A stretch of DNA of 63,999 nucleotides, filler included. It is 6 parts of 6 records of this genome, joined end to end, with 100 filler letters (N's around TTAATTAATTAA, not from the genome) between each part and the next. Parts side by side here need not be neighbours in the genome. Positions count along the whole stretch, not along the records: positions 1 to 12,263 come from SRR31147125_9712; positions 12,364 to 26,246 come from SRR31147125_9719; 4 more parts are not named here. One strand, written 5' to 3'. A program made the position numbers and the translations under genes. Below the pieces are notes generated by a model. It was not told the origin of the DNA. It made no database searches and saw only the letters and a program-made list of their open reading frames with translations. This document shows, piece after piece, positions 10,803 through 20,839 of the stretch. The first letter of the stretch is position 1. Every line of letters begins with the position of its first letter.

Positions 10803-11313
10803 ATGCTTCATTGTTATTATTGTATTAGTATTGGTCTTTGGTTCTTCAGCAGCAGCCGTGGATTATTCGAATGCAGCCCATATCGGGATTGAACCAGCAG
10901 CCGGTGGCGGAATACTTCTTACGCCAGGTGTTGATCTGAGAATGATTGGTGGAAGAGGATTATTTGCATCACGTACATCCATCGATTATCTGAATACAAA
11001 TTCTCGTGGATACAATGCTGCTGCAGGTGGGAATCTGTTTGTGCTCTCTACCTATGCTTTGCTTCAAGCTTCAATTATGTATGGCGATTTGACTTTTTAT
11101 ACCGGACCAGGCACAAGTCTCTATTTCTTTCCCAGTGACGATATTTACGGCTCTTTCACTAATGATAATCTTTTTCATTGGACTCTCGGTATCGCATATG
11201 CTCTCTATCCCCTCAACTTTTTTGTTGAAGCTGAAACAGATATAAACTACCTGACCTGGAATCTGGGATTAACTGCGCCGCGGGTAAAAGTAGGCGTGGG
11301 ATTAATGAACTAG
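10786..11313 (+). CDS. Secreted protein, possible small outer-membrane beta-barrel
   Basis: Signal peptide (..SSAAAA/V), alternating hydrophobic strands, C-terminal VKVGVGL. Confidence 0.5.
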   Translation: MKARSKCFIVIIVLVLVFGSSAAAVDYSNAAHIGIEPAAGGGILLTPGVDLRMIGGRGLFASRTSIDYLNTNSRGYNAAAGGNLFVLSTYALLQASIMYGDLTFYTGPGTSLYFFPSDDIYGSFTNDNLFHWTLGIAYALYPLNFFVEAETDINYLTWNLGLTAPRVKVGVGLMN

Positions 11314-11316
11314 TAT

Positions 11317-12123
11317 TTAGAGAATACTGTTTGTTATTATCCGTTTATAATTATTGAATACTATATCCAATAGCTCTTTTGTTGCCAATCCGGTTATTTC
11401 TGATGCTGCCTGGTATATATAGGGCATATTCTCCGGAGTGTTAATCTTTCCCCGTTTAGGGATTGGGGACAGATACGGGCTGTCAGTTTCCAGCATGATT
11501 GCATCCGATGGTATTTTTCTGAGAACAGAACGCAGTTCATCATTCTTATTATAGGTTATATTACCTGCAAATGAGATAAGAAATCCAAGATCAATCATCT
11601 CTTTCGCAATTTTATAATTTGCTGAAAAACAGTGCAGAATACCGCCCATATTTGGTGGATTATTTCTTACTGCCTCTACCATATCGGTATCAGCATCTCT
11701 GTTGTGAATCAATATGGGAAGATTCATGTTATTAGCGAGCTCAATCTGGTTGATGAATAATTCAGTTTGCAGTTTCGGTGTACCGTAATCCCAGTGATAA
11801 TCAAGACCGATTTCTCCCACTGCTGCAATTCCAGCATCTTGTATCGTGGTTTTTAGATTCTCGATATATTCGATAATGGTTATTGAAGGGTTTTGGGATG
11901 CGGATGCTTTTTCAGCAAATCCGGGATAGATTCCTGCCGCAAAATCAACTTTGTCAAATATTTTCAGCAATTTCTGACGTTTAGGTAAGTCATCAGGTTC
12001 TATACCGATATCGAGACCGCCGGAAAACCCTGCAGTGAACAGTTTTGCAAAATGGGAGACAATATCAATCCCTTTATCTTGTATATAGCGGGCATGAAAA
12101 TGTGAATCTATGTATCCGGTCAT
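11317..12123 (-). CDS. tatD: TatD family hydrolase
   Basis: IDSHFH, AVGEIGLDY, IHNRDA, LHCFS, LETDSPYL. Confidence 0.93.
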   Translation of the reverse strand: MTGYIDSHFHARYIQDKGIDIVSHFAKLFTAGFSGGLDIGIEPDDLPKRQKLLKIFDKVDFAAGIYPGFAEKASASQNPSITIIEYIENLKTTIQDAGIAAVGEIGLDYHWDYGTPKLQTELFINQIELANNMNLPILIHNRDADTDMVEAVRNNPPNMGGILHCFSANYKIAKEMIDLGFLISFAGNITYNKNDELRSVLRKIPSDAIMLETDSPYLSPIPKRGKINTPENMPYIYQAASEITGLATKELLDIVFNNYKRIITNSIL

Positions 12124-12185
12124 GCAATTACACTAATGAAAAATAATATTTTAAGCAATGAAATAAGAAACTATATCAACACTTG

Positions 12186-12214
12186 TTGACCAATAGGTGA
12201 GAGATGGTTAGTAT
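12186..12214 (+). promoter_or_regulatory. Sigma70 promoter for the tRNA
   Basis: TTGACC-17 bp-TAGTAT, ending 14 nt upstream of the tRNA 5' end. Confidence 0.65.
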
Positions 12215-12228
12215 ATCAAAAATAATGG

Positions 12229-12263
12229 GCCGAAGTGGTGGAATTGGTAGACACAGGGGACTT
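12229..12263 (+). tRNA. tRNA-Leu 5' half (probably TAA anticodon), truncated at contig end
   Basis: GCCGAAGTGGTGGAATTGGTAGACACAGGGGACTT: Leu-type D-arm GGAATTGGTAGAC and start of anticodon arm. Confidence 0.85.
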
Positions 12264-12363
12264 NNNNNNNNNNNNNNNNNNNNNNNNNNNNNNNNNNNNN
12301 NNNNNNNTTAATTAATTAANNNNNNNNNNNNNNNNNNNNNNNNNNNNNNNNNNNNNNNNNNNN
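12264..12363. other. Artificial contig linker
   Basis: N-run + TTAATTAATTAA (stops in six frames) + N-run. Confidence 0.99.
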
Positions 12364-13113
12364 GGTTATCAACAACGCCCTGAACTATTTTTATGCCTTT
12401 GCTCGTACCCATCCTGACTGCACCTGCGGCAAGCATTTTGTCACATATCGCACGGTCGTTTATGCCGGTTGAAGCTTTTACCATTATGCCTTCGCCTACT
12501 GTTCGCTTCATAAGCCGTACATCTTCGACTGTCGCTCCGCCTGTTCCGAAACCTGTAGACGTCTTAACAAAGTCTGTGCCCGCTCTTTTGCAAGCTCACA
12601 CGCACGAACTTTCTCCTCGTCAGTCAGCGCACTTGTCTCTATGATGACTTTAACCAGCGCTTTGGGGTGGGCTGCATCCACAACTGCTTTTATATCTTCA
12701 TATACATGCTCATAGTTTTTGTCTTTAAGAGCGCCGATGTTTATTACCATGTCCACTTCTTCAGCTCCGTTTTTGACAGCTTCCATAGCTTCAACGCCTT
12801 TTACAAACGTTGTGTTAGCCCCAAGAGGGAAGCCTATCACGCAGCAGGTTTTCACGCCTGTGCCGCTAAGACGTTCTGCAACGTGCTTTACATGAGTCGG
12901 ATTTATGCATACGCTTGCGAACTTGTACTGAATAGCCTCATCGCAGAAGCGGTCTACAGTACTGGTAGTAGTCTCTGGTTTTAACACAGTATGATCCATG
13001 TACTTTGCGTATGAAGCGTCGTATTTGCCCTGTGTCGGAGCCGGAGTCGATTCGCACTGCGCTTTATTAAGTACCTGACTTGTTACTTCCGCTATTATTT
13101 TATCTATATCCAT
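12364..13113 (-). CDS. deoC: Deoxyribose-phosphate aldolase with N-terminal encapsulation-peptide-like extension; frameshift near 12583; 3' end at contig edge
   Basis: [30 protein letters not shown], then in the second frame FVKTSTGF and RMGTS. Confidence 0.93.
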
Positions 13114-13123
13114 ATTTTCCTCC

Positions 13124-13912
13124 TTAGTGCATTTCTCTGCCGCCGGTTATATTGAAAGCTTGTCCGGTGCAGTATTCGCCGGAAGCCGTAAGGAAGAACA
13201 CAAAATCCACAACGTCCTGTATGTTCGTCAGCCTTCCGAGTGGTATTTTTGCAGTAAACTTCTTTATTATCTCTTCGCGGCTCATGTGCATGTTTTCTAT
13301 GTAACCTGCACTTACGCTTGACCATACTCCTGTTGCATCTGTTATGCCAGGGCATATGGAATTTATCTTGATATTGTCTTTAGCGTACTCAAAAGCAAGC
13401 GACTGGGTAAGAACTATAACTGCACCTTTTGCTGCGCTGTACGGCGCCATAAGTGCGCTGCCTGTTTTACCGGATTTTGAAGCAAAGTTGATTATCTTTC
13501 CGTCACCCTGACGCTTCATGCCGGGCAGTGCACCCTGTATGCAGTATGCCGTGCCGTATACGTTTACTTTGAACATCTTTTCAAATATCGCCTCGTCGTT
13601 TTCTTCAAAAGGGCGGTTGTCTACTACACCTGCGTTATTCACGAGCGCATAGATATCGCCGAGGTCTGATACTATCTGCTCGAAACATGCAAGGACTTCA
13701 TCTCTGTCCGTGATATTGAGTATGTAGCTTTTTGCTTCATAGCCTTTTGCTGCAAGATCTTTTGCAGACTGCTCTACCAGCGGGTCGATGTCTATCAACG
13801 CTACTTTCGCACCCTGCTCTGCGTACTTGGCCGCAATACCGAGTCCTATGCTTTTAGCCGCCCCTGTTACAACACATACTTTACCTTTAAGGCTATCCGT
13901 AGATAAACTCAT
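13124..13912 (-). CDS. SDR oxidoreductase, sorbitol-6-phosphate dehydrogenase (SrlD)-like
   Basis: [36 protein letters not shown] resemble SrlD. Confidence 0.8.
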   Translation of the reverse strand: MSLSTDSLKGKVCVVTGAAKSIGLGIAAKYAEQGAKVALIDIDPLVEQSAKDLAAKGYEAKSYILNITDRDEVLACFEQIVSDLGDIYALVNNAGVVDNRPFEENDEAIFEKMFKVNVYGTAYCIQGALPGMKRQGDGKIINFASKSGKTGSALMAPYSAAKGAVIVLTQSLAFEYAKDNIKINSICPGITDATGVWSSVSAGYIENMHMSREEIIKKFTAKIPLGRLTNIQDVVDFVFFLTASGEYCTGQAFNITGGREMH

Positions 13913-14030
13913 TTTCTTTCCTCCAAAATTTATTTCTTTCCCTGCTTTAATAAGCAAGTATGATTTCAAATTGGTTATATTTATCAGACATTGAACAACA
14001 GAAAAAAATTGCTGTTCCTTTGGTTGAATG

Positions 14031-14066
14031 TTAAAGCCGCAGTGATCTAAGTGCCTGCGGCTTTAA
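14031..14066 (-). terminator. Hairpin between the kinase and SDR genes
   Basis: TTAAAGCCGCAG-N12-CTGCGGCTTTAA inverted repeat. Confidence 0.55.
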
Positions 14067-14085
14067 GCAGGAAGATTAATAAAGT

Positions 14086-15750
14086 TTACCCGTTCTTTAT
14101 TTCCCTTAAAACTTTCATTACATCAACACCATTGCGTCCAAATAGATCGTGCATTTTCTTATATTCCTCAAATATTCTGTTATAGATTTGATAATGCTCC
14201 ATATTCGGCATATATTTCTCATCTTTTATACGTGACATGCTTTTGGCAGCAGAAAATATATCATCATAACCGCCGGATTCACTGCCGGCTGCCACAGCTC
14301 CGTACATCGCAGCCCCCAGAGCTGAAGTTTGGTGTGATGCAGATACCTTTATCTCCATACCTAAAACATCAGCAAATATCTGCATTACCGTAGCGCTCTT
14401 TCTTGATAACCCGCCGCATGCAAACATATTGTTGATTTTGATTCCATGGTCAATATAATTATCAACTATTAACCGTGTTCCAAATGCAGTCGATTCTATT
14501 ATAGCTCTATACAACTCTTCAGGTTTTGTCTGCAGCGTCAAACCGACGACCATTCCTGAAAGATCCGAATCGACCAGTATTGACCTATTACCGTTCCACC
14601 AGTCAAGTGCAAGCAGCCCGGAACTGCCCGGCTTTATTTTCGCTGCTTTCTCATTCATCACATCGAATATCGTGATGTTTTTTTCCAAAGCTTCATTCAC
14701 ATACTCGTAGGGCGCTAAGTTGCTTACAAACCAGTCGTAAATATCACCCGCTGCAGCCTGCCCTGCTTCATATCCGAAATACCCCGGCAGTATGCCGTCT
14801 TCAACGACGCCGCAGATTCCATCAAGCAGTATCTCCTTTTCGTCCACCATCATATGACATAGCGATGTTCCCATTATCAGCACCATGTCTCCAGGCTCGG
14901 TAATCCCTACTGCCGGCACTGCAAGATGCGCGTCTGTGTTGCCTACACCTACAGCCGTACGGGGAACAAGCCCGGTTTTCTTTGCCATCTCTCTAGTCAG
15001 CCCTCCTGCCCTTTCGCCTATTAAAGACACCTTTTCTCCGATTTTGTCTTTTACAACGTTTTTGAGCCTTGGGTCAACCGATTCAAAAAACTCTTCTGAC
15101 GGATAGCCGTCTTCTTTGCTCCAAAAAGATTTGTATCCTGCAAGACAGCTGTTGCGTTTGTCCTGACCGGTCATCAAGTATACCATCCAGTCACAGCCTT
15201 CTATAAAGCGATAAGCATCGTTATATACTTTAGGATCATGATCTAATGTCTCAAGTATTTTTGCAAACATCCATTCAGATGAAGACTTGTTTCCATACCG
15301 TTTTATGAATTTTTCAGAACGCAGCTTTGCCGTTGCATTGATTTTATCAGCTTCGTCCTGTGCACCATGATGCTTCCAGAGCTTTGCCCACGCATGTATG
15401 CGCTCTTTGTACACCGGGTCAAAGCAAAGAGGCATATATTTTTGGTTTACCGGCAGCATGGTGCATGAAGTAAAGTCTACACCTATTCCTATAACCTGCT
15501 CCGGCTTTATCTCAGCTTTTTCCCAAACGTCTCTTAGCAGACATTCAAGCGCTTCCATATAATCCCTCGGGTTCTGCAGCGCAAATTCAGCAGGGATTTT
15601 AATATTTGTACCGGGCAGATATTGATCTATTACAGCATCCTGATATCCAAATACAGATATCGCTGCCTCTTCCCCAGTTCTGACGTTGACTAGTATCGCA
15701 CGAGCGGATAAGGTGCCAAAATCTAATCCAATCGAGTATTTTTCTTGCAT
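14086..15750 (-). CDS. araB: Ribulokinase (FGGY family pentulose/pentitol kinase)
   Basis: IGLDFGTLSARA, IGVDFTSCT, KLWKHHGAQ, LDWWNGNRS, ATFG-like STAFG. Confidence 0.88.
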   Translation of the reverse strand: MQEKYSIGLDFGTLSARAILVNVRTGEEAAISVFGYQDAVIDQYLPGTNIKIPAEFALQNPRDYMEALECLLRDVWEKAEIKPEQVIGIGVDFTSCTMLPVNQKYMPLCFDPVYKERIHAWAKLWKHHGAQDEADKINATAKLRSEKFIKRYGNKSSSEWMFAKILETLDHDPKVYNDAYRFIEGCDWMVYLMTGQDKRNSCLAGYKSFWSKEDGYPSEEFFESVDPRLKNVVKDKIGEKVSLIGERAGGLTREMAKKTGLVPRTAVGVGNTDAHLAVPAVGITEPGDMVLIMGTSLCHMMVDEKEILLDGICGVVEDGILPGYFGYEAGQAAAGDIYDWFVSNLAPYEYVNEALEKNITIFDVMNEKAAKIKPGSSGLLALDWWNGNRSILVDSDLSGMVVGLTLQTKPEELYRAIIESTAFGTRLIVDNYIDHGIKINNMFACGGLSRKSATVMQIFADVLGMEIKVSASHQTSALGAAMYGAVAAGSESGGYDDIFSAAKSMSRIKDEKYMPNMEHYQIYNRIFEEYKKMHDLFGRNGVDVMKVLREIKNG

Positions 15751-15782
15751 ATAACACCTCACTATAGTAGTTCTTTATACCC

Positions 15783-16757
15783 CTATTTTTTAGCGTTCTG
15801 AAAGAGCACAGCAATGATAATGATTACGCCTTTTATTACATCCTGAGGATAGCTCGGAATATTTAAAAGGTTCATTATGTTGCCGATAAGCGCCAGAACA
15901 AAAACGCCTGCAACAGTTTTGAGTATAGTGCCTTTGCCTCCCGACAGGCTTGCTCCTCCAATAACACAGGCAGCGATCGCATCCAGCTCATATCCATCTC
16001 CTATCCTCCCTGTACCTACGCAGCTTCTCGTTAAAATCAATATCGAACCAACTGCCGCAAAAAGACCTGATACACAATATGTCGTAAATTTTATTGCCTT
16101 TACTCTAACTCCGGAGAGCCTTACAGCTTCTTCGTTTGAGCCTATTGCAGTAATCAATCTTCCGTACGAAGTAAATCTGAGTATTAAAAACAGCGCTATT
16201 ACAAATAAAATCATTATTGCAGCCTGAGTGGGAAGTCCTAAAACGCCCGGCCCTTGAAACAAATATTTCTTTCCGAAATTTACCCATCCCTCATGTCTGA
16301 TCGCTATATTCGTTCCTTCGGAAAGTATAAACGAAAAGGAACTGGCAATCGACATCATAGCTAACGTTGCAATAAACGGAGCTACTTTTCTATAAGCAAC
16401 CAGATATCCGGATATGGCACCGCTAAGCAGACCTACGCCAAGTGCAGCCAGTATAGCAAGAAATGGGCTTACTTCGCTTTTCACAATTAACATAGCGCAG
16501 ACAACATTGGTAACCGCAACAATTGATCCGATCGATAAGTCGATTCCCCCAGTCAGGATTACCAGAAGCATACCCATTGCCATTATAGTAGGAGCTGCAT
16601 ATTGCCTTAGAAGATTGGTTAAATTGAAATCCGTTAAAAAGTCGTCTGTAGCGATTATACAAGCAATAAATAACACAGCTAAAAAGACCACGATTATATT
16701 ATCTAACAAAACCTGTTTTATTCTTTTCCAGCTCCATTTGCGTATTGTTGAACCCAT
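15783..16757 (-). CDS. Sugar ABC transporter permease (RbsC family)
   Basis: ILTGGIDLSIGS, GSNEEAVRLSG, ELDAIAACVIGGASLSGGKG. Confidence 0.93.
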   Translation of the reverse strand: MGSTIRKWSWKRIKQVLLDNIIVVFLAVLFIACIIATDDFLTDFNLTNLLRQYAAPTIMAMGMLLVILTGGIDLSIGSIVAVTNVVCAMLIVKSEVSPFLAILAALGVGLLSGAISGYLVAYRKVAPFIATLAMMSIASSFSFILSEGTNIAIRHEGWVNFGKKYLFQGPGVLGLPTQAAIMILFVIALFLILRFTSYGRLITAIGSNEEAVRLSGVRVKAIKFTTYCVSGLFAAVGSILILTRSCVGTGRIGDGYELDAIAACVIGGASLSGGKGTILKTVAGVFVLALIGNIMNLLNIPSYPQDVIKGVIIIIAVLFQNAKK

Positions 16758-16779
16758 CTTATACCTCCAGCAATCTAAG

Positions 16780-18279
16780 TTAGTTTACTTGGCCGACAGC
16801 CAATGTCATTATATTTTCTTCTGTCAACTCGTCTCTGCCCAGTTCACCGCTGACTTTTCCTTCATGCATAACAATAACCCGGTCGCTCATTCCGATAATC
16901 TCCATCATTTCTGAAGAGATGAATATAATTGCGATTCCAAGCTTGGCAAGTTCTTGTATGATTTTATATATCTCCACTTTTGCCCCGACGTCAACACCAC
17001 GAGTCGGTTCGTCAAGAATAATGACTTTGCTGTCTAGAGATATCCATTTTGACAGACTCACCTTCTGCTGATTACCGCCTGACAGGTTTTCCACCAGCGT
17101 CTCAGGACTCTGTACTTTTATCTCCAGCCTGTCTATCATTTCATTGACTCTTTTTATTTCTTTCTTATTGTTAATTATGCCAAAAAGCCTTGTGAACTCT
17201 GAAAGATTCGCCAGCGTAGTGTTCACCCTTGTCGACATTTTCAGCAGTATTCCGTGTTCTTTTCGGTTTTCCGGCACATAGCTTATACCATATTTAACTG
17301 CCTGCCTCAGGGAACGAATGTTAAGTGGTTTTTCGGCTAAATAGATTTCACCGCTGCTCTTTCTGTCAGCGCCGAAAATCAAACGCATCGTTTCTGTCTT
17401 GCCTGCACCAACCAAACCTGCGATCCCCAGTATCTCTCCTTTATTCACAGTAAACGAAACGCCCTTTACAACGTCGTCGCTCTTAATATTTTCAACACTT
17501 AATATTGGTTCACCGGAAAGCCCAAGCTTTGACGGAAACATTTCTCCCATCTCTCTTCCAATCATCTTAGTTATGATTTCCTGCATGTTTGTATGCTTGG
17601 TCTCAAACGTTCCCATCATTTCGCCGTCTTTTAAAACAGAAATACTGTCCGATATGCGAAATATTTCTTCCAAACGATGTGATATATAAATTATACTTAC
17701 GCCGTCATTTTTGAGCTTTTCGATAACATCAAACAGCTTCTCGGCTTCCTGCGGACCAAGAACCGCAGTCGGCTCGTCCAGTATCAAGACCTTTGCATCT
17801 TGAATCAAAGCCTTCGCTATTTCTGTCATCTGCTGGTATGCGACGCTTAAGTTTTTTACTTTTTCTTTAGGATTGATATTGAACCCAATCCTGAGTAATG
17901 ATTCGCTTGCTTTCTTGTAAAGCTCTTTCCAGTTTATCAGAGGTTTCTTCATGCTTACGTCTTCACCCATGAAAATATTCTCTGCTACCGTTAATTCTGA
18001 TGCAAGGGCAAATTCCTGATATATAATACTGATCCCAGCCTTTTTGCCTTCATGCGAATTCACAATATTAACGGGGCTTCCCTGCATGAGAATTTCTCCC
18101 CTATCTCTTTTATAAGCCCCCGAAAGTATTTTCATCAGTGTAGATTTACCAGCTCCGTTTTCGCCTACAAGTGCGTGTACTTCGCCTTTTTTAACTTTGA
18201 ATGATACATCTCTCAGCGCATGAATTCCGCCAAAAGTTTTATCAATATTGAGCATTTCAACCGCATATTGCTCCTGCAT
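16780..18279 (-). CDS. Sugar ABC transporter ATP-binding protein (RbsA family)
   Basis: [22 protein letters not shown]; two NBDs; start re-called at MQEQY. Confidence 0.95.
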   Translation of the reverse strand: MQEQYAVEMLNIDKTFGGIHALRDVSFKVKKGEVHALVGENGAGKSTLMKILSGAYKRDRGEILMQGSPVNIVNSHEGKKAGISIIYQEFALASELTVAENIFMGEDVSMKKPLINWKELYKKASESLLRIGFNINPKEKVKNLSVAYQQMTEIAKALIQDAKVLILDEPTAVLGPQEAEKLFDVIEKLKNDGVSIIYISHRLEEIFRISDSISVLKDGEMMGTFETKHTNMQEIITKMIGREMGEMFPSKLGLSGEPILSVENIKSDDVVKGVSFTVNKGEILGIAGLVGAGKTETMRLIFGADRKSSGEIYLAEKPLNIRSLRQAVKYGISYVPENRKEHGILLKMSTRVNTTLANLSEFTRLFGIINNKKEIKRVNEMIDRLEIKVQSPETLVENLSGGNQQKVSLSKWISLDSKVIILDEPTRGVDVGAKVEIYKIIQELAKLGIAIIFISSEMMEIIGMSDRVIVMHEGKVSGELGRDELTEENIMTLAVGQVN

Positions 18280-18391
18280 GATAGACCTCCTAGTAGTACG
18301 ATATAATCTTATTGCGCAATGTATATTGGGAGGAAGAATTAACCACCCAATATACATATTAGCGCAAAATGATTATTTTTTAAAGCTGCCC

Positions 18392-19414
18392 TTAAAATGC
18401 TGCATCCGGGTCATAATACTTATCAACATTATCGATACTTACACAATCAGCGGGTGTATAAGTAACTGCTCCGAAAGCTTCGCCGTCTTCGAGATAAGAT
18501 ATTAATACATCTACGCCGGTTTTACCTATAAGCCCTGGGTTATTTAGACCAGTAGCATAAGGTGCGCCGTCCATAATAGTTTCAAAAGCAAGCTTTTCGC
18601 CGTCTGCTGCGTTGCCGTAGATGACCTTGTCTGCAAGACCCATCTCTTCTATAACAGGCATGCATGCCAGTGTCATTACGTCCGCTTCGGAAAGAATAAC
18701 GTTAAATTCGTCAAGACCTGCTGCAACTTCCTGGAAGTTCTTAAGCGCTTCGTCAGCAAGCCAGTCAGTATATATCTGTCCAACAATTTCTATACTCGAA
18801 GTACCTGTTGTTCTTAATTGCTCCTCAACTATTCCACGAATGAGTCCCTGTCTTCTGTCTTCGCCGACTACACTTCCTTTTTCACCGGATATTATGAACG
18901 CTTTTATAGGAGTATCACCCACCTGCTGGGCTACCCAGTTACCGACAAGTTTACCGTTCTCTGTGTTGTTTGACAGTACAACAGTAACGACCGGAGCGGA
19001 AGCGTTAACCTGGTTGTCAAGGCTAACTACCGGAACGCCCTCTGACACAGCTTTTTTTGTTACTTCCACTATTGCATCTGCATCTTTAGGATTCATCAGG
19101 ATAGCATCTACACCCTGCGCAAGCAAATCTTCGATGTCAGAAATCTGCTGGTTGATGTCGTCCTGTGCATCCGTACTCACAAGCTCAACACCAATCTCTT
19201 CGCAATATGCTTCAATACCGTTTTGCATAGCCTTGTAATATGGATTCTTTTGTGTGAACATCGACAAACCGATTTTTTTGACTTCAGTTGCCTGCTGCGC
19301 ATCACTCTCGCTATTGCCTGAAGTAGGTGTAGCCTCTGATGCACAACCTGCAAATACAGCTGCGCCTAAAGCTAACAATAGCATTAAAACAACAATTTTA
19401 CTAAAAGTTTTCAT
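18392..19414 (-). CDS. Sugar ABC transporter substrate-binding lipoprotein (RbsB family)
   Basis: Lipobox FAGC; NPYY, QISDIEDLLAQGVDAI periplasmic binding protein type I pattern. Confidence 0.92.
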   Translation of the reverse strand: MKTFSKIVVLMLLLALGAAVFAGCASEATPTSGNSESDAQQATEVKKIGLSMFTQKNPYYKAMQNGIEAYCEEIGVELVSTDAQDDINQQISDIEDLLAQGVDAILMNPKDADAIVEVTKKAVSEGVPVVSLDNQVNASAPVVTVVLSNNTENGKLVGNWVAQQVGDTPIKAFIISGEKGSVVGEDRRQGLIRGIVEEQLRTTGTSSIEIVGQIYTDWLADEALKNFQEVAAGLDEFNVILSEADVMTLACMPVIEEMGLADKVIYGNAADGEKLAFETIMDGAPYATGLNNPGLIGKTGVDVLISYLEDGEAFGAVTYTPADCVSIDNVDKYYDPDAAF

Positions 19415-19466
19415 TTTTCTCCTCCTTACTTTTTTGGAAACAATTGATTTGCAAATTGTAAATTCC

Positions 19467-19580
19467 TCACATTTGCAATAATATTCATGCGTGTTATGTC
19501 ATTTGTGATTTTCTATTACACTAATCCTAACAATCTTTTTCCCATAAGTCAATATTTTTTAAATTCTCTCACATATGTGA
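19467..19580 (-). promoter_or_regulatory. Sigma70/A promoter with three operator-like palindromes
   Basis: TTGACT (19552-19547)-17 bp-TAGGAT (19529-19524) with TG extension; TCACATATGTGA (19569-19580), TGTCATTTGTGA (19497-19508), TCACATTTGCAA (19467-19478). Confidence 0.7.
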
Positions 19581-19593
19581 TTATTTCTGAATA

Positions 19594-19634
19594 AAAAAAG
19601 AGACTTAGATTGTCATAAGCTTATTAAGTCTCTT
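19594..19634 (-). terminator. Rho-independent terminator after the SorC regulator
   Basis: AAGAGACTTA...TAAGTCTCTT stem followed by a T-run on the minus strand. Confidence 0.7.
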
Positions 19635-19667
19635 AAAAATTGTTTGTTTTTCGGCATAAACCCTTTA

Positions 19668-20624
19668 TTATTTAATGTAATGATACAATCCTTTTGCCAA
19701 AACCTCATCAATTACCAGCACATTTATATATTCACTTCTCAAAATGCTTAAACAAGATTTCACCTTTTCCAGTCCGGCTGCTACACCTATTACTGTCGGT
19801 ATGTTTTTTATAGTACGCAAATCAACAGCAATAGCTCGTTCGTTTATCCCCGCGTTGCATGGTTTACCGTTTATGTCAAAGTATTTTCCGCATATGTCCG
19901 CTACCGCTCCTAACTCAAGCAGCTGTATTGAGTCCGCTTTAGTCAAAGAGCCGGATTGAATTTGCGCTGTTAGATGCAGCTTTGGATACCCAATACCCAA
20001 AAGGGCAATATCTACTTTTTTAAACCTCTCGAAGTGCGTTGAAATACTCGTTTCCTGCATCAGCATATCTTTTAGCTGTTTTGACTTAACCATATGAGGA
20101 GCATGAAGAATATAGCTGGTACCGTTAAGCTTTCTTGCAAAACGCTTCGTAATCTCTTGCCCGTCGGTATCTATCGTTTTCCCTGAAATTCCTCCTACAA
20201 GCTGTATGGTGTCAACGCCTATCGTACCAGGTATATCTATATAGTATGCAGCATAATAACTAGTTCTTCCAAGAGACACTCCGAGCATCATTCCGTCATT
20301 TAAATTCCGCTGTAAATACATTGCGGCAAGCGCACCCACATTTTCAATGCTTTTCTCTGGCCTTTTATGGGAACTGGCAATCAAAACATCTTTAAGATTA
20401 AATTTATTTTTAATATTCAAAGATAACTCAGGCTCTTTTGAAAGCGCATCATTAATTTTCACTTCTACAATACCATTTTCCATGCAGCTTTTAAGCAGCC
20501 GGGAAACATTTGAACGTGACATATGGAGATCTTGCGCAATTTGATGCTGTGACATATTCTCAATATAATATTTTTTTGCAACATCAACAAGCAACTCTCT
20601 TCTAGTTAACCGCACATTCTCCAT
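19668..20624 (-). CDS. SorC/DeoR (LsrR-like) sugar-binding transcriptional regulator
   Basis: VAKKYYIENMSQHQIAQDLHMSRSNVSRLL HTH; C-terminal sugar-binding domain. Confidence 0.92.
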   Translation of the reverse strand: MENVRLTRRELLVDVAKKYYIENMSQHQIAQDLHMSRSNVSRLLKSCMENGIVEVKINDALSKEPELSLNIKNKFNLKDVLIASSHKRPEKSIENVGALAAMYLQRNLNDGMMLGVSLGRTSYYAAYYIDIPGTIGVDTIQLVGGISGKTIDTDGQEITKRFARKLNGTSYILHAPHMVKSKQLKDMLMQETSISTHFERFKKVDIALLGIGYPKLHLTAQIQSGSLTKADSIQLLELGAVADICGKYFDINGKPCNAGINERAIAVDLRTIKNIPTVIGVAAGLEKVKSCLSILRSEYINVLVIDEVLAKGLYHYIK

Positions 20625-20839
20625 AAAAACCTCACTTATGTTAGTTTTATTTAATTATATATCAATTATGTCAAATATGATAGTAGAAAATCATTTGATA
20701 ATACTCTCATTGTAATAAGCTTTTTCGTTTTCTTAACTTAAATGATGGCGATTAAAATGAAAAAATGCAATGAATTGTCAATCATTATGTATAACTTTTG
20801 CGCAAGTATCAAATTATAAGCTTCCGTGTTATCAAATGC

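Noticed and set aside
12229-12263. Integration site of a mobile element at tRNA-Leu
   Set aside because: The contig ends inside the tRNA; no integrase or att duplication is visible
12264-12363. TTAATTAATTAA palindrome recurring five times, and ORFs ending in X..LIN
   Set aside because: Assembly linker with six-frame stops; not biological
18320-18358. Long hairpin ATGTATATTGGG...CCCAATATACAT after the binding-protein gene
   Set aside because: Ordinary intercistronic stabiliser or attenuator hairpin typical of ABC operons
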